Source: an uncultured Planctomycetales bacterium (GTDB lineage Bacteria > Omnitrophota > Gorgyraeia > Aquiviventales > Aquiviventaceae). From it: a stretch of 61,763 nt of DNA. The translations under genes were made by a program, and so were the position numbers. Position 1 is the stretch's first letter; each line of letters starts with the position of its first letter. Positions 8,581-16,351 of the stretch are shown here, one piece after another. Below the pieces are notes generated by a model. The model worked only from the letters and a program-made list of their open reading frames with translations. It was not told where the DNA came from and ran no database searches. Location: assembly GCA_964372775.1 (NCBI GenBank), contig CAYJRJ010000002.1:1-61763 (forward strand), in the 5' to 3' direction.

Positions 8581-9085
8581 GACGTCTGTGGCCGCGGGAG
8601 CTCGCGCTCCGGAATTCGCCCTCCAGACGACTGAGGGGACGTCGGCCAAGCTCTCCGAGTTCCGCGGCAAGAAGGTCGTGCTGTACTTCTATCCCAAGGA
8701 TGACACCCCGGGTTGCACCAAGGAAGCCTGCAGCTTTCAGGCCCACGGGACCGCGCTGCGCGGTGCGGGAGCAGTGGTGCTGGGGGTCAGCCGCGACAGC
8801 GTCGCCTCGCATCAGCGGTTTGCGGATAAGTACCATCTGGCGTTTCCGCTGCTCAGCGACCCGGACGCGTCGGTCTGTAAGGCCTACGGAGTCTACAAGC
8901 AAAAGTCGCTCTACGGCCGGACGTACTGGGGCATCGAGCGAACCACGTTTCTCATCGATGAGCAGGGCCGCATCACCCACATCTTCCCGAAGGTCAAGGT
9001 GGATGGCCACACCGAAGAAGTCCTCGCGGCGATCAAAGGCGCGTCCAGCTCTCCGGCGTCGGCGTTCCCTCGACTCGGGCCGTAG
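8573..9085 (+). CDS. bcp: thioredoxin-dependent peroxiredoxin Bcp/PrxQ
   Basis: FRGKKVVLYFYPKDDTPGCTKEAC active-site motif. ATG 8573 overlaps the end of the VKOR gene. Confidence 0.9.
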   Translation: MTKTSVAAGARAPEFALQTTEGTSAKLSEFRGKKVVLYFYPKDDTPGCTKEACSFQAHGTALRGAGAVVLGVSRDSVASHQRFADKYHLAFPLLSDPDASVCKAYGVYKQKSLYGRTYWGIERTTFLIDEQGRITHIFPKVKVDGHTEEVLAAIKGASSSPASAFPRLGP

Positions 9086-9098
9086 GCCCTCGCTCGGG

Positions 9099-9506
9099 AT
9101 GTCGCCCCGCCGTAGCGGGGCTCCACTCGCCACCACTAAGGCGCCAGCCCCTATCACAGACCCTCGCCTCAACGAGGGCATCGAGCTGTTCAACCACCAC
9201 CAGTACTTTGCGTGCCACGAGGTGCTGGAGCAGGTCTGGCTCAAGACCGAGGGTCGGGCCAAGGATTTCTATAAGGGATTAATCCAGGCGGCGGTGGCGT
9301 GCTATCACTGGTCGAAGGGCAATCCCGCCGGTGCGATGAGTTTGTACCGCTCGTCGAAGCGCTACCTGGATCGCTACCGTCCGGCATTTCTCGGAGTCGA
9401 TGTGGAGCAGTTCCTCACGCGATACATCGAGCTGTTCGGCTGGCTGCGGCGCCACCGGAACCGCTATGATCCGAGGCTCATTCCGCCGATTCGGTACACG
9501 GGGTAG
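9099..9506 (+). CDS. DUF309 domain protein
   Basis: GIELFNHHQYFACHEVLEQVW...KGLIQAAVACYH is the DUF309 signature. The longer ORF-track start lies out of frame over bcp. Confidence 0.75.
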   Translation: MSPRRSGAPLATTKAPAPITDPRLNEGIELFNHHQYFACHEVLEQVWLKTEGRAKDFYKGLIQAAVACYHWSKGNPAGAMSLYRSSKRYLDRYRPAFLGVDVEQFLTRYIELFGWLRRHRNRYDPRLIPPIRYTG

Positions 9507-9510
9507 TCTA

Positions 9511-9608
9511 TCGGGACAGTCCCATTTTTCGCTACGAGATGCGGTACGAATCGGGACAGTCCCCTTTTTCGCCACGAAGCCGATGATGCGAAAAAGGGGA
9601 CAGTCCCG
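9511..9608. repeat. three copies of the GGGACAGTCCC(C)TTTTT palindromic repeat (two direct, one inverted)
   Basis: tcgggacagtcccattttt (9511), tcgggacagtcccctttttcg (9551) and the inverted cgaaaaaggggacagtcccg (9589-9608). Confidence 0.85.
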
Positions 9609-9632
9609 TACTTCTACGATACAATATTCACC

Positions 9633-10199
9633 ATGAGAACGGCCGTGCAAGAACGACGCACATCCCCCCGCGGGGCGTGTCCCTCGCGCCTCGATATCAA
9701 CGTCCTGCAGCCGCGCATGGCCACACCACCCCGCAGCGTGAACTGGAGCGAAGGCGGTTTGTGCTTGCGCCTTGAGGATGTGCTGGAGGTCCGTTCCTTG
9801 GTTCGGTTCCAGCTGAGTTCGGACGCTCGATCCGTCATGTGCACCGGTCGTGTCGCGTGGGTCATCCAGCGCCTGGATCTGCGCGACAACCCGCCGTTTC
9901 TGTTTGACGTCGGTATCGAATTCGTCGATATCCCTGCGACGTTGCGCCAGTGGCTGATCCAGCGCGGCGTGAGTTCAACCAAGGTGCCAAACGTTTCGGT
10001 GAGAACCCGCCTGCTTGAACCCACGGCCCTGCACGGGCGCACCTACGTTCCCAATGTGGTCCGCGAAACGAATCAGGCCCTGCGCTGGCATCTCATCGTC
10101 TCCGTGGAGAGCGCTCCGTGCTTTAGCGGCCGCTACGCATCCGAGCGTGACGCACTGGCGGCCTGGGCCACGTTCAAGCGTCAACGGGCCCGCCGTTAA
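9633..10199 (+). CDS. PilZ domain protein
   Basis: The RRxxxR motif (QERRTSPR) and D/NxSxxG motif (NWSEGG) are present. Confidence 0.75.
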   Translation: MRTAVQERRTSPRGACPSRLDINVLQPRMATPPRSVNWSEGGLCLRLEDVLEVRSLVRFQLSSDARSVMCTGRVAWVIQRLDLRDNPPFLFDVGIEFVDIPATLRQWLIQRGVSSTKVPNVSVRTRLLEPTALHGRTYVPNVVRETNQALRWHLIVSVESAPCFSGRYASERDALAAWATFKRQRARR

Positions 10200-10203
10200 A
10201 CAT

Positions 10204-10289
10204 GATTACGCCGATTGTAACAAGCGATTCCGCCGATTTGCGCGTCACGAGCTCATCGGCGAAATCGGCCTTTAATAATCGGCGTAATC
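10204..10289. repeat. nested hairpin with repeated GCCGATT motif upstream of the ACT gene
   Basis: gattacgccgatt (10204-10216) is the exact reverse complement of aatcggcgtaatc (10277-10289). An inner gccgattt/aaatcggc pair is also present. Confidence 0.7.
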
Positions 10290-10296
10290 AATCCGC

Positions 10297-10689
10297 ATGA
10301 TTAAGATTGAAACACAGCTCGCCATTTTCCTTGACAACCGCCCCGGCATGCTCTCGAGGACCTGCCAGGCGCTGGCGAAGGCGAACATCAACATCCTGGC
10401 CCTCTCCATCGTCGACACCGTGGATCACGCCGTGGTGCGCATGGTGGTCGACAAGACGAAAGAGGCCGAGCAGGTGCTTGTCAAGATGCATGCGATGGTG
10501 CAAGGCCGCGAAGTGATCTTCATGGATGTGCCCAATCAAGTGGCGGCGATCGCCACGATCTCCGAGCGGCTGGCCGAAGCCGGGATCAACATCGAGTACG
10601 CGTACTGCACCGCCTCCACCTCTCAGGGCGTTGGGGCGCTCGTCCTGCGCACCAACGATTTGGAAGCAACGATCAACGCCCTCAGCTAA
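10297..10689 (+). CDS. tandem ACT-domain (amino-acid-binding) protein
   Basis: Two ACT-like beta-alpha-beta-beta-alpha-beta units are present (LAIFLDNRPGMLSRTCQALAKANINI... and VPNQVAAIATISERLAEAGINI...). Confidence 0.75.
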   Translation: MIKIETQLAIFLDNRPGMLSRTCQALAKANINILALSIVDTVDHAVVRMVVDKTKEAEQVLVKMHAMVQGREVIFMDVPNQVAAIATISERLAEAGINIEYAYCTASTSQGVGALVLRTNDLEATINALS

Positions 10690-10700
10690 TCGTATACGTA

Positions 10701-10758
10701 CGGGACTGTCCCCTTTTTTGCTTCCTAGCCTCCACTTGTAAAAAAGGGGACTGTCCCG
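10701..10758. repeat. GGGACTGTCCCC-T6 hairpin (same family as 9511, 11823, 35581)
   Basis: cgggactgtcccctttttt ... aaaaaaggggactgtcccg. Confidence 0.85.
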
Positions 10759-10788
10759 ATTCGTAGAGGAAAGCAGTCCGTCTCGTAG

Positions 10789-11817
10789 ATGAAAGCCGTG
10801 ATCTTCCGTCAGCATGGCGGTCCCGATGTCCTCGAATACGCCGACGTTGCCGATCCCTCCATCGGGCCGGGAGAGATCCTCGTGCGCGTCAAGGCGTGCG
10901 CGCTCAACCATCTCGACCTGTGGATTCGTCAAGGTATTCCCGCCTATCACATCACACTGCCCCATATCTCCGGATGCGATGTGGCAGGTGTCGTGGAGCT
11001 CGTGGGGCCTGGGGTGCCGCAGATGAAGGCAGGAGATCGTGTCGTCCTCGCTCCGGGCCTTAGTTGCAGTCGGTGTGTATGGTGCCTGGCCGGACACGAC
11101 AACCTCTGTGTGTCCTATCGAATCCGCGGCGCCGGCACCGACGGCGGCTACGCCGAGCTCATCACTACGAGGGCCACCGATGTCCTCTCGATTCCTTCCA
11201 ATCTTTCTTTTGAAGAGGCGGCGGCGTTTCCTCTCGTGTTTCTCACCGCCTGGCATATGCTGGTTACACGGGCCAAGCTCCAAGCCGGAGAGACCGTGCT
11301 CGTGCAGGGGGCCGGCAGCGGAGTCGGCCATGCCGCCGTGCAAATCGCCAAGCACCTCGAGGCCACGGTCTACGCCACCGTCGGCTCAGACGCGAAGGTT
11401 GCCAAGGCCATGGCGCTGGGCGCCGATGAGGTGATCAACTACCAGCGCGAAGATGTGCTCACGCGGGTGAAGGTGCTGACGAACGAACGAGGCGTGGATG
11501 TCGTGTTTGAGCACATTGGCCAGCAGACCTGGGAGGGCAGCGTACGCGCGTTGGCGAAAAACGGCCGCCTGGTGACCTGCGGAGCCACGACAGGCCCCAG
11601 CGTGCCGTTGGATCTGCGCTACGTCTTTTCGCGGCAGCTGACCATTCTTGGGGCCCTCATGGGGACGCAAGCTGAGCTGCGCACCGTCGCACAGCTGGTG
11701 TTCAAGCGTACGCTCCTGCCGGTGGTCGATACCGTGTTCCCGCTGCGCGAGGCCCGCGCGGCGCAGGAGCGCATGCTCAATCGAGACGTGTTCGGCAAGC
11801 TCGTTCTTTCTCCCTAA
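10789..11817 (+). CDS. zinc-type alcohol dehydrogenase / quinone oxidoreductase (MDR superfamily)
   Basis: The GroES-like N-terminus carries CALNHLD. Structural-Zn Cys residues CSRCVWC and the Rossmann motif VQGAGSGVG are present. Confidence 0.85.
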   Translation: MKAVIFRQHGGPDVLEYADVADPSIGPGEILVRVKACALNHLDLWIRQGIPAYHITLPHISGCDVAGVVELVGPGVPQMKAGDRVVLAPGLSCSRCVWCLAGHDNLCVSYRIRGAGTDGGYAELITTRATDVLSIPSNLSFEEAAAFPLVFLTAWHMLVTRAKLQAGETVLVQGAGSGVGHAAVQIAKHLEATVYATVGSDAKVAKAMALGADEVINYQREDVLTRVKVLTNERGVDVVFEHIGQQTWEGSVRALAKNGRLVTCGATTGPSVPLDLRYVFSRQLTILGALMGTQAELRTVAQLVFKRTLLPVVDTVFPLREARAAQERMLNRDVFGKLVLSP

Positions 11818-11822
11818 ACGTA

Positions 11823-11868
11823 CGGGACAGTCCCTCCGCCACAGTTCTTTGGCGGAGGGACTGTCCCG
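11823..11868. repeat. perfect 18-bp GGGACAGTCCC-family hairpin, probable terminator
   Basis: cgggacagtccctccgcc (11823-11840) is the exact reverse complement of ggcggagggactgtcccg (11851-11868). Confidence 0.85.
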
Positions 11869-11882
11869 AATAAGATGGAGGC

Positions 11883-12509
11883 ATGATGGCGTTTCGACTC
11901 ATTCCTAAGGAGATGTCGTTCTTCGATCTGTTTGAGCAGCTCGCGGACATCTTAGTGCGCGCCGCCGGGGTGCTGGTCGAGGCGACCGAGCATGCCGAGA
12001 CGCTCCCGGAGAGCGCGAAACGGCTGGAGCGGCTCGAACATGACGGCGACCAGGTGACGCATCAGCTCATGAAACGGCTCAACCAGACCTTCATCACCCC
12101 GATCGACCGCGAGGACATCCACGAGCTCTCAACTGCCTTGGACGACATTCTGGATCTCATTGAGGCGACGACCGAGCGCTTCATCCTCTACAAGATGACG
12201 TCCATGTTCAACGCCGCGCCGAAGCTCGCCCAGGTGATTCAGCAGCAGGTGGCGGAGATTCACCGCCTCATGCCGAAGCTGCGCCATTTGCGCCGTGAGC
12301 AGATCATGGAGCACTGTGTGGAGATCAACCGGCTGGAGAACGTGGGAGACCGGCTCCTGCGCGACGCGATGGGCGCGCTCTTCGACGGCTCGGTCGATCC
12401 GTTGGCGGTGCTCAAGTGGCGGGACATCTACACGCTGCTGGAGTCGGCGACGGATAAGTGCGAGGATGTCGCGAACGTGATCGAAGGCATCATCCTGAAG
12501 AACGCCTGA
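11883..12509 (+). CDS. DUF47 / PhoU-like phosphate transport regulator (Pit accessory protein)
   Basis: FFDLFEQ...HDGDQVTHQL...PIDREDIHEL is typical of the TIGR00153/DUF47 family. It lies immediately upstream of pit. Confidence 0.8.
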   Translation: MMAFRLIPKEMSFFDLFEQLADILVRAAGVLVEATEHAETLPESAKRLERLEHDGDQVTHQLMKRLNQTFITPIDREDIHELSTALDDILDLIEATTERFILYKMTSMFNAAPKLAQVIQQQVAEIHRLMPKLRHLRREQIMEHCVEINRLENVGDRLLRDAMGALFDGSVDPLAVLKWRDIYTLLESATDKCEDVANVIEGIILKNA

Positions 12510-12526
12510 CCGAGACGCGCCCGCGC

Positions 12527-13519
12527 ATGACGATTTCCCTCTCGCTGTTGCTGGTTTTGGCGCTGGTGTTGGCGGCCGAGTTTGTCAACGGGTGGAACGA
12601 TGCGACCAATGCGATCGCCACAGTTGTCTCCACCCGCGTGCTCTCCCCTGCGCGAGCGATTCTCATGGCCGTGGTGTTCAACATCCTCGGGGCGATGTCC
12701 GGCACGGCGGTCGCGGCCACGATCGGCAAGGGAATCATCAGCCCCGATGTCGTCAGCTTGACGACGATTGCCGCTGCGCTCATTGCGATTGTCCTCTGGG
12801 GTGGGACGGCGTCATGCTGGGGGATGCCCATCAGCATTACCCATGCGCTGTTGGGAGGGCTCGCGGGTGCCGGTATCGCCACGGCCGGGCTGCAAGTCCT
12901 CCAATCGGCCGGCTGGCGTAAGGTCCTGACCGGCCTTGCGTTTTCGACCTTCTTGGGCTTCTTCGGAGGCCTTGCGCTGATGGTGGTGATCTACCGGTTG
13001 TTCGCCCGCGTGCCGCCGGGGGCCATCCGGCGACTCTTCGGCAAGCTCCAGATCCTCTCCGCCGCGTTCATGGCCTTTAGTCACGGTTCCAATGACGGGC
13101 AAAAGTTCATCGGGGTGTTCTCATTGGTGTTGCTCCTGGGCGGCGTCCACGAGACGTTCCATGTGCCGGTGTGGGTGATGTTCGTGTGCGCGGTGACCAT
13201 GGGGTTGGGCACGTCCATTGGCGGCAAGTCGATCATCAAGACGATGGGGATGCGCATTACCAAGTTGGAGCCGGTGCACGGGTTTGCCGCGGAGACGGCG
13301 GCGGCGACCACCATCGAGATCGCTTCGCGGATGGGGATCCCTCTGAGCACCACCCATACCATCGCCACGGCCATCATGGGGGTGGGGGCGACCAGGCGGT
13401 TTTCCGCGGTGCGCTGGGGGGTGACCCGCGATATCGTCATGGCCTGGCTCCTCACGTTTCCCGCCTGCGGCCTCATCGCCTGGCTGGTGACGAAGCTTGT
13501 CCTGCTGGTGGCTACGTAG
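12527..13519 (+). CDS. pitA: inorganic phosphate transporter, PiT family
   Basis: The duplicated PiT signatures GWNDATNAIAT and GSNDGQK are present in a polytopic membrane protein. Confidence 0.9.
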   Translation: MTISLSLLLVLALVLAAEFVNGWNDATNAIATVVSTRVLSPARAILMAVVFNILGAMSGTAVAATIGKGIISPDVVSLTTIAAALIAIVLWGGTASCWGMPISITHALLGGLAGAGIATAGLQVLQSAGWRKVLTGLAFSTFLGFFGGLALMVVIYRLFARVPPGAIRRLFGKLQILSAAFMAFSHGSNDGQKFIGVFSLVLLLGGVHETFHVPVWVMFVCAVTMGLGTSIGGKSIIKTMGMRITKLEPVHGFAAETAAATTIEIASRMGIPLSTTHTIATAIMGVGATRRFSAVRWGVTRDIVMAWLLTFPACGLIAWLVTKLVLLVAT

Positions 13520-13627
13520 GATCCCCCTTGTTGGGGGGTTCCACGGTCAGGTATACTTCCTAATAGATGGATCTTTCTGAGCCCTCAGGAGGAACGCCTC
13601 TGGGGGCTTATGTCTTGTGGAGGGTGC

Positions 13628-14956
13628 ATGAACCAGCGGGGCATGGTGTACGTCGTCTCATTGGGCGTGGCGTTCATGTTGACCGTCATCGGCGCGTCCC
13701 TGCTGGTGCGCAGCGTTTCAGAACAGAGCCTGAGCCAACGATCCCGCGATCAAAGCGCCGCCCTCCATTTCGCCGAAGCGGGCGTCGACCAGGCCGCACG
13801 CAACCTTCGAACGCCGACGGATCCAGACGACGATACGACCGACAGTGACAATGCAGCGAAGATGGCCACTCGCCTGCCCGGTGGCCGATTTACGCTGGAC
13901 CCCACCTCGGCGCTTGGCAACAACCGCTATCAAGTGGTCAGTCATGGCACGAGCGATGATGATCCGAGCTATCCACGGGACATCGAAGCGACCTTTCAGC
14001 TGAAGCCCAAATCGATTTTTGATGGCCCGCTCTTTGGCGATGAGGGGGTCACCATCGGAGGTAGCGCGATCACCGACAGCTACAATTCGTGCCCCGGCGG
14101 CGTTTACAACGCAGACGGTTCATGTGCGGCTCCCAAAGGCTACAACGCCTGTTTGGCCACGAATGCTCAAACTGGTGTGTGCACCCAGTACAACAAGAAC
14201 CATAACGGCGATATCGGCACTAATGCGACAACGACGGGCGGCCTGACTGTCAGTGGGAGTATTTTCATTGATGGGCAGGTGGCAGTCGGTCCCGATGTGG
14301 TCAATCCGATCTCGGTCATTAGCTCAAACTGCAGCCCGCAGCCAAGCTGTATTCAGGCGTATATTACCGGTGGCACCTCACCTCCTAGCGATGATCAAGA
14401 CGTGTTTTCACAAGATGTGCCGCTCCCCCTGCCTGCGGTGACGCTCCCCGGCGGGCTGACCTCTTGTACGAACCAGACGATTACCGGAGGCAATACCCTG
14501 ACGCTTTCTCCCACCGGCGGTCCATTGGGCAACGGGACCTACTGTTTCAACAACCTGACCGTGCAGGGCAATGCCACCCTCACCGCGACCGATTCGGTGA
14601 CCGTGTACCTGACCGGAAAATTGACTGCTCGAGGGGACTCCGTCGTGGGTGTCACCAACAATCCCTCCGCGATGTCGTTCCTGATGACCTCCGGTGCGGA
14701 GGCGACGCTGGAGCAAGGGACCATCACCGGCCACACGACGTTCTACGGCTCTCTGTTTGGTCCGGATGCGACGATCGACATCAGTGGCAACGCGGACGTC
14801 TATGGCTCCATCGTCGCCGAGCAAATCAACGTGACTGGTAGCGCCTCTGTGCACTACGACGAGTCACTGGCCGACTGCGATCTCCACCCCGAGCATCCCG
14901 GCTGCTCGTACTCCCAGCACTTCACCACCTCCCTGGTGTCGTGGCGCGAGCTCTAA
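13628..14956 (+). CDS. PilX-N-terminal-domain protein with Thr/Gly/Ser-rich beta-helix-like C-terminal region
   Basis: MNQRGMVYVVSLGVAFMLTVIGASLL...EQSL fits the PilX_N pattern. GGAGGG lies 3 nt before ATG 13628. The C-terminal part has repetitive GNATLTA / GSASVHYD strands. Confidence 0.6.
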   Translation: MNQRGMVYVVSLGVAFMLTVIGASLLVRSVSEQSLSQRSRDQSAALHFAEAGVDQAARNLRTPTDPDDDTTDSDNAAKMATRLPGGRFTLDPTSALGNNRYQVVSHGTSDDDPSYPRDIEATFQLKPKSIFDGPLFGDEGVTIGGSAITDSYNSCPGGVYNADGSCAAPKGYNACLATNAQTGVCTQYNKNHNGDIGTNATTTGGLTVSGSIFIDGQVAVGPDVVNPISVISSNCSPQPSCIQAYITGGTSPPSDDQDVFSQDVPLPLPAVTLPGGLTSCTNQTITGGNTLTLSPTGGPLGNGTYCFNNLTVQGNATLTATDSVTVYLTGKLTARGDSVVGVTNNPSAMSFLMTSGAEATLEQGTITGHTTFYGSLFGPDATIDISGNADVYGSIVAEQINVTGSASVHYDESLADCDLHPEHPGCSYSQHFTTSLVSWREL

Positions 14957-14962
14957 TCGCCA

Positions 14963-15065
14963 CCACAGATCGCACAGATAAAGCACCCCCACAGATGACA
15001 CAGATAACACGGTCTATCTGTGCGATCTGTGGATCAGTTCATCTGTGCTATCTGATCTGTGTTAC
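14963..15065. repeat. CACAGAT-motif hairpin cluster after the PilX-like gene
   Basis: ccacagatcgcacagata (14963-14980) is the exact reverse complement of tatctgtgcgatctgtgg (15015-15032). Further CACAGAT/ATCTGTG copies flank it. Confidence 0.8.
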
Positions 15066-15071
15066 GAAATC

Positions 15072-15100
15072 TTGACAGAATTTGTAGGATATCATAGACT
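15072..15100 (+). promoter_or_regulatory. putative promoter TTGACA-17-TAGACT with GGATAT-N8-ATATCC inverted repeat
   Basis: The hexamers were read directly. The palindrome overlaps the -10 upstream of the Rrf2 gene and may be an autoregulatory operator. Confidence 0.3.
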
Positions 15101-15112
15101 ATATCCCTGCAC

Positions 15113-15610
15113 ATGAAACTGTCGACGAGATCCACCTATGGGTTACGCGCGTTGGTCGAGTTGGCCTTGGCAGGCGGACGCACACCGGTCTCAGCCGCGC
15201 TCATCGCCAAGCGCCAGGATTTGTCCGTGGCCTACCTGGAGCAGCTCCTGCATCGGTTGAAGAAGCAGGGAGTGGTGGGCAGCGTGCGAGGCCCGCGCGG
15301 AGGGTATGTCCTCGCCAAGGATCCGAGCCGCATCACGATGTCGGAGGTGGTGCAGGTGCTCGACGGGGCCAACGGCATGTCAAGTCACGTCAAGGTTCGC
15401 AATGGCGCGCGGCGCGCGTCGTCACACGGCAGTGTGTCATCGGCACGAGATCCGCACCGCCGCGCCCAGCGGATCGCGCAGGTGGTGTGGCAGTGTGTCC
15501 ACGAACGGCTCGCGCAGTCCTTGAGCGAGGTGACGCTGCAGGATCTCTGCGATGCGGTACGCGCGGAAACCGGGGACCCGCTGGACCACCGGTATGTCTT
15601 CCATATTTGA
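15113..15610 (+). CDS. Rrf2-family transcriptional regulator
   Basis: MKLSTRSTYGLRALVELA...LSVAYLEQLLHRLKKQGVVGSVRGPRGGYVL is a canonical Rrf2 winged helix-turn-helix. Confidence 0.9.
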   Translation: MKLSTRSTYGLRALVELALAGGRTPVSAALIAKRQDLSVAYLEQLLHRLKKQGVVGSVRGPRGGYVLAKDPSRITMSEVVQVLDGANGMSSHVKVRNGARRASSHGSVSSARDPHRRAQRIAQVVWQCVHERLAQSLSEVTLQDLCDAVRAETGDPLDHRYVFHI

Positions 15611-15758
15611 CACCACAGAGGCACAGAATGGACACAGAAGCACAGAGATAGTGCGGAGTTGGGAGTGCGGAGTTCGGAATAAAGCACTGATTCCGCACTT
15701 CGCACTCCGCATTCCGCATTCCTCTGATGTCTCTGTGGATTTCTGTGGTTCTGTGGTG
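15611..15758. repeat. nested repeat: CGGAATG/CGGAGTT-family hairpin (15651-15722) inside the loop of a CACAGA-family hairpin
   Basis: The outer arms are caccacagaggcacagaatggacacagaagcacagag and ctctgtggatttctgtggttctgtggtg. The inner arms are gtgcggagttgggagtgcggagttcggaat and attccgcacttcgcactccgcattccgcat. Confidence 0.85.
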
Positions 15759-15762
15759 TCGC

Positions 15763-16314
15763 ATGACGAAGGGTGAATTACGCAGTCATTTTCTACAGGT
15801 GTTGAAGCGACAAAGGGAGGACGAACGACGTCGGAAGAGTGAGGCGATTCGGCGCAAGGTCTTTCGCCTGACGGCGTTTCGGCGGGCGCACACGGTGTGC
15901 TGTTACGTGGCCCTGCCGTATGAAGTGCAGACGTGGATGATGATTGAGGAGATGCTAGCTCGAGGAAAGCGTGTCGTGGTGCCGGTGATGCAGCCGCGAT
16001 TGAGGCGGCTGCGTCTGTCGGAGGTGCGCGATCCGGGCGCGGAGCTCATCCGCGGACGGTTCGGCGTGCCACAACCGCGTCCCCGCGCGCTGCGGCCTGT
16101 GCCGCTGCGCGAGGTGGATCTGGTGCTCGTGCCGGGACTCGCCTTTGACCGGCGCGGCCACCGGCTCGGCCACGGCCTTGGGTATTTTGACCGCTTTCTC
16201 AGTCGCTTGCCGAACGCCGCCCACACCGTGGGACTGGCATTTCGGTTTCAGCTCCTCGATCGTCTGCCCACCGCTGCCCACGATCACGCCGTCCGCGCGG
16301 TCCTGACCGCCTAA
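15763..16314 (+). CDS. 5-formyltetrahydrofolate cyclo-ligase
   Basis: RRKSEAIRRKV..., the LVLVPGLAFDRRGHRLGHGLGYFDRFL signature and a size of about 183 aa. Confidence 0.85.
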   Translation: MTKGELRSHFLQVLKRQREDERRRKSEAIRRKVFRLTAFRRAHTVCCYVALPYEVQTWMMIEEMLARGKRVVVPVMQPRLRRLRLSEVRDPGAELIRGRFGVPQPRPRALRPVPLREVDLVLVPGLAFDRRGHRLGHGLGYFDRFLSRLPNAAHTVGLAFRFQLLDRLPTAAHDHAVRAVLTA

Positions 16315-16351
16315 CGCCCGCTCTGCTCTTCATTACAGAGTGAGGTGAGCC

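Noticed and set aside
8700-9098. The ORF track gives the DUF309 gene a long N-terminal extension (268-aa ORF).
   Set aside because: The extension runs through bcp in a different frame and is Arg/Ser/Pro-rich. DUF309 similarity starts after ATG 9099.
12458-12526. The ORF track extends pit upstream.
   Set aside because: The extension overlaps the end of the DUF47 gene. The PiT signature follows directly after ATG 12527 (MTISLSLLLV...GWNDATN).
13610-13627. ATG 13610 is an alternative start for the PilX-like gene.
   Set aside because: ATG 13628 is preceded by GGAGGG at a good spacing and gives the typical short charged N-terminus before the hydrophobic segment. The choice is not certain.
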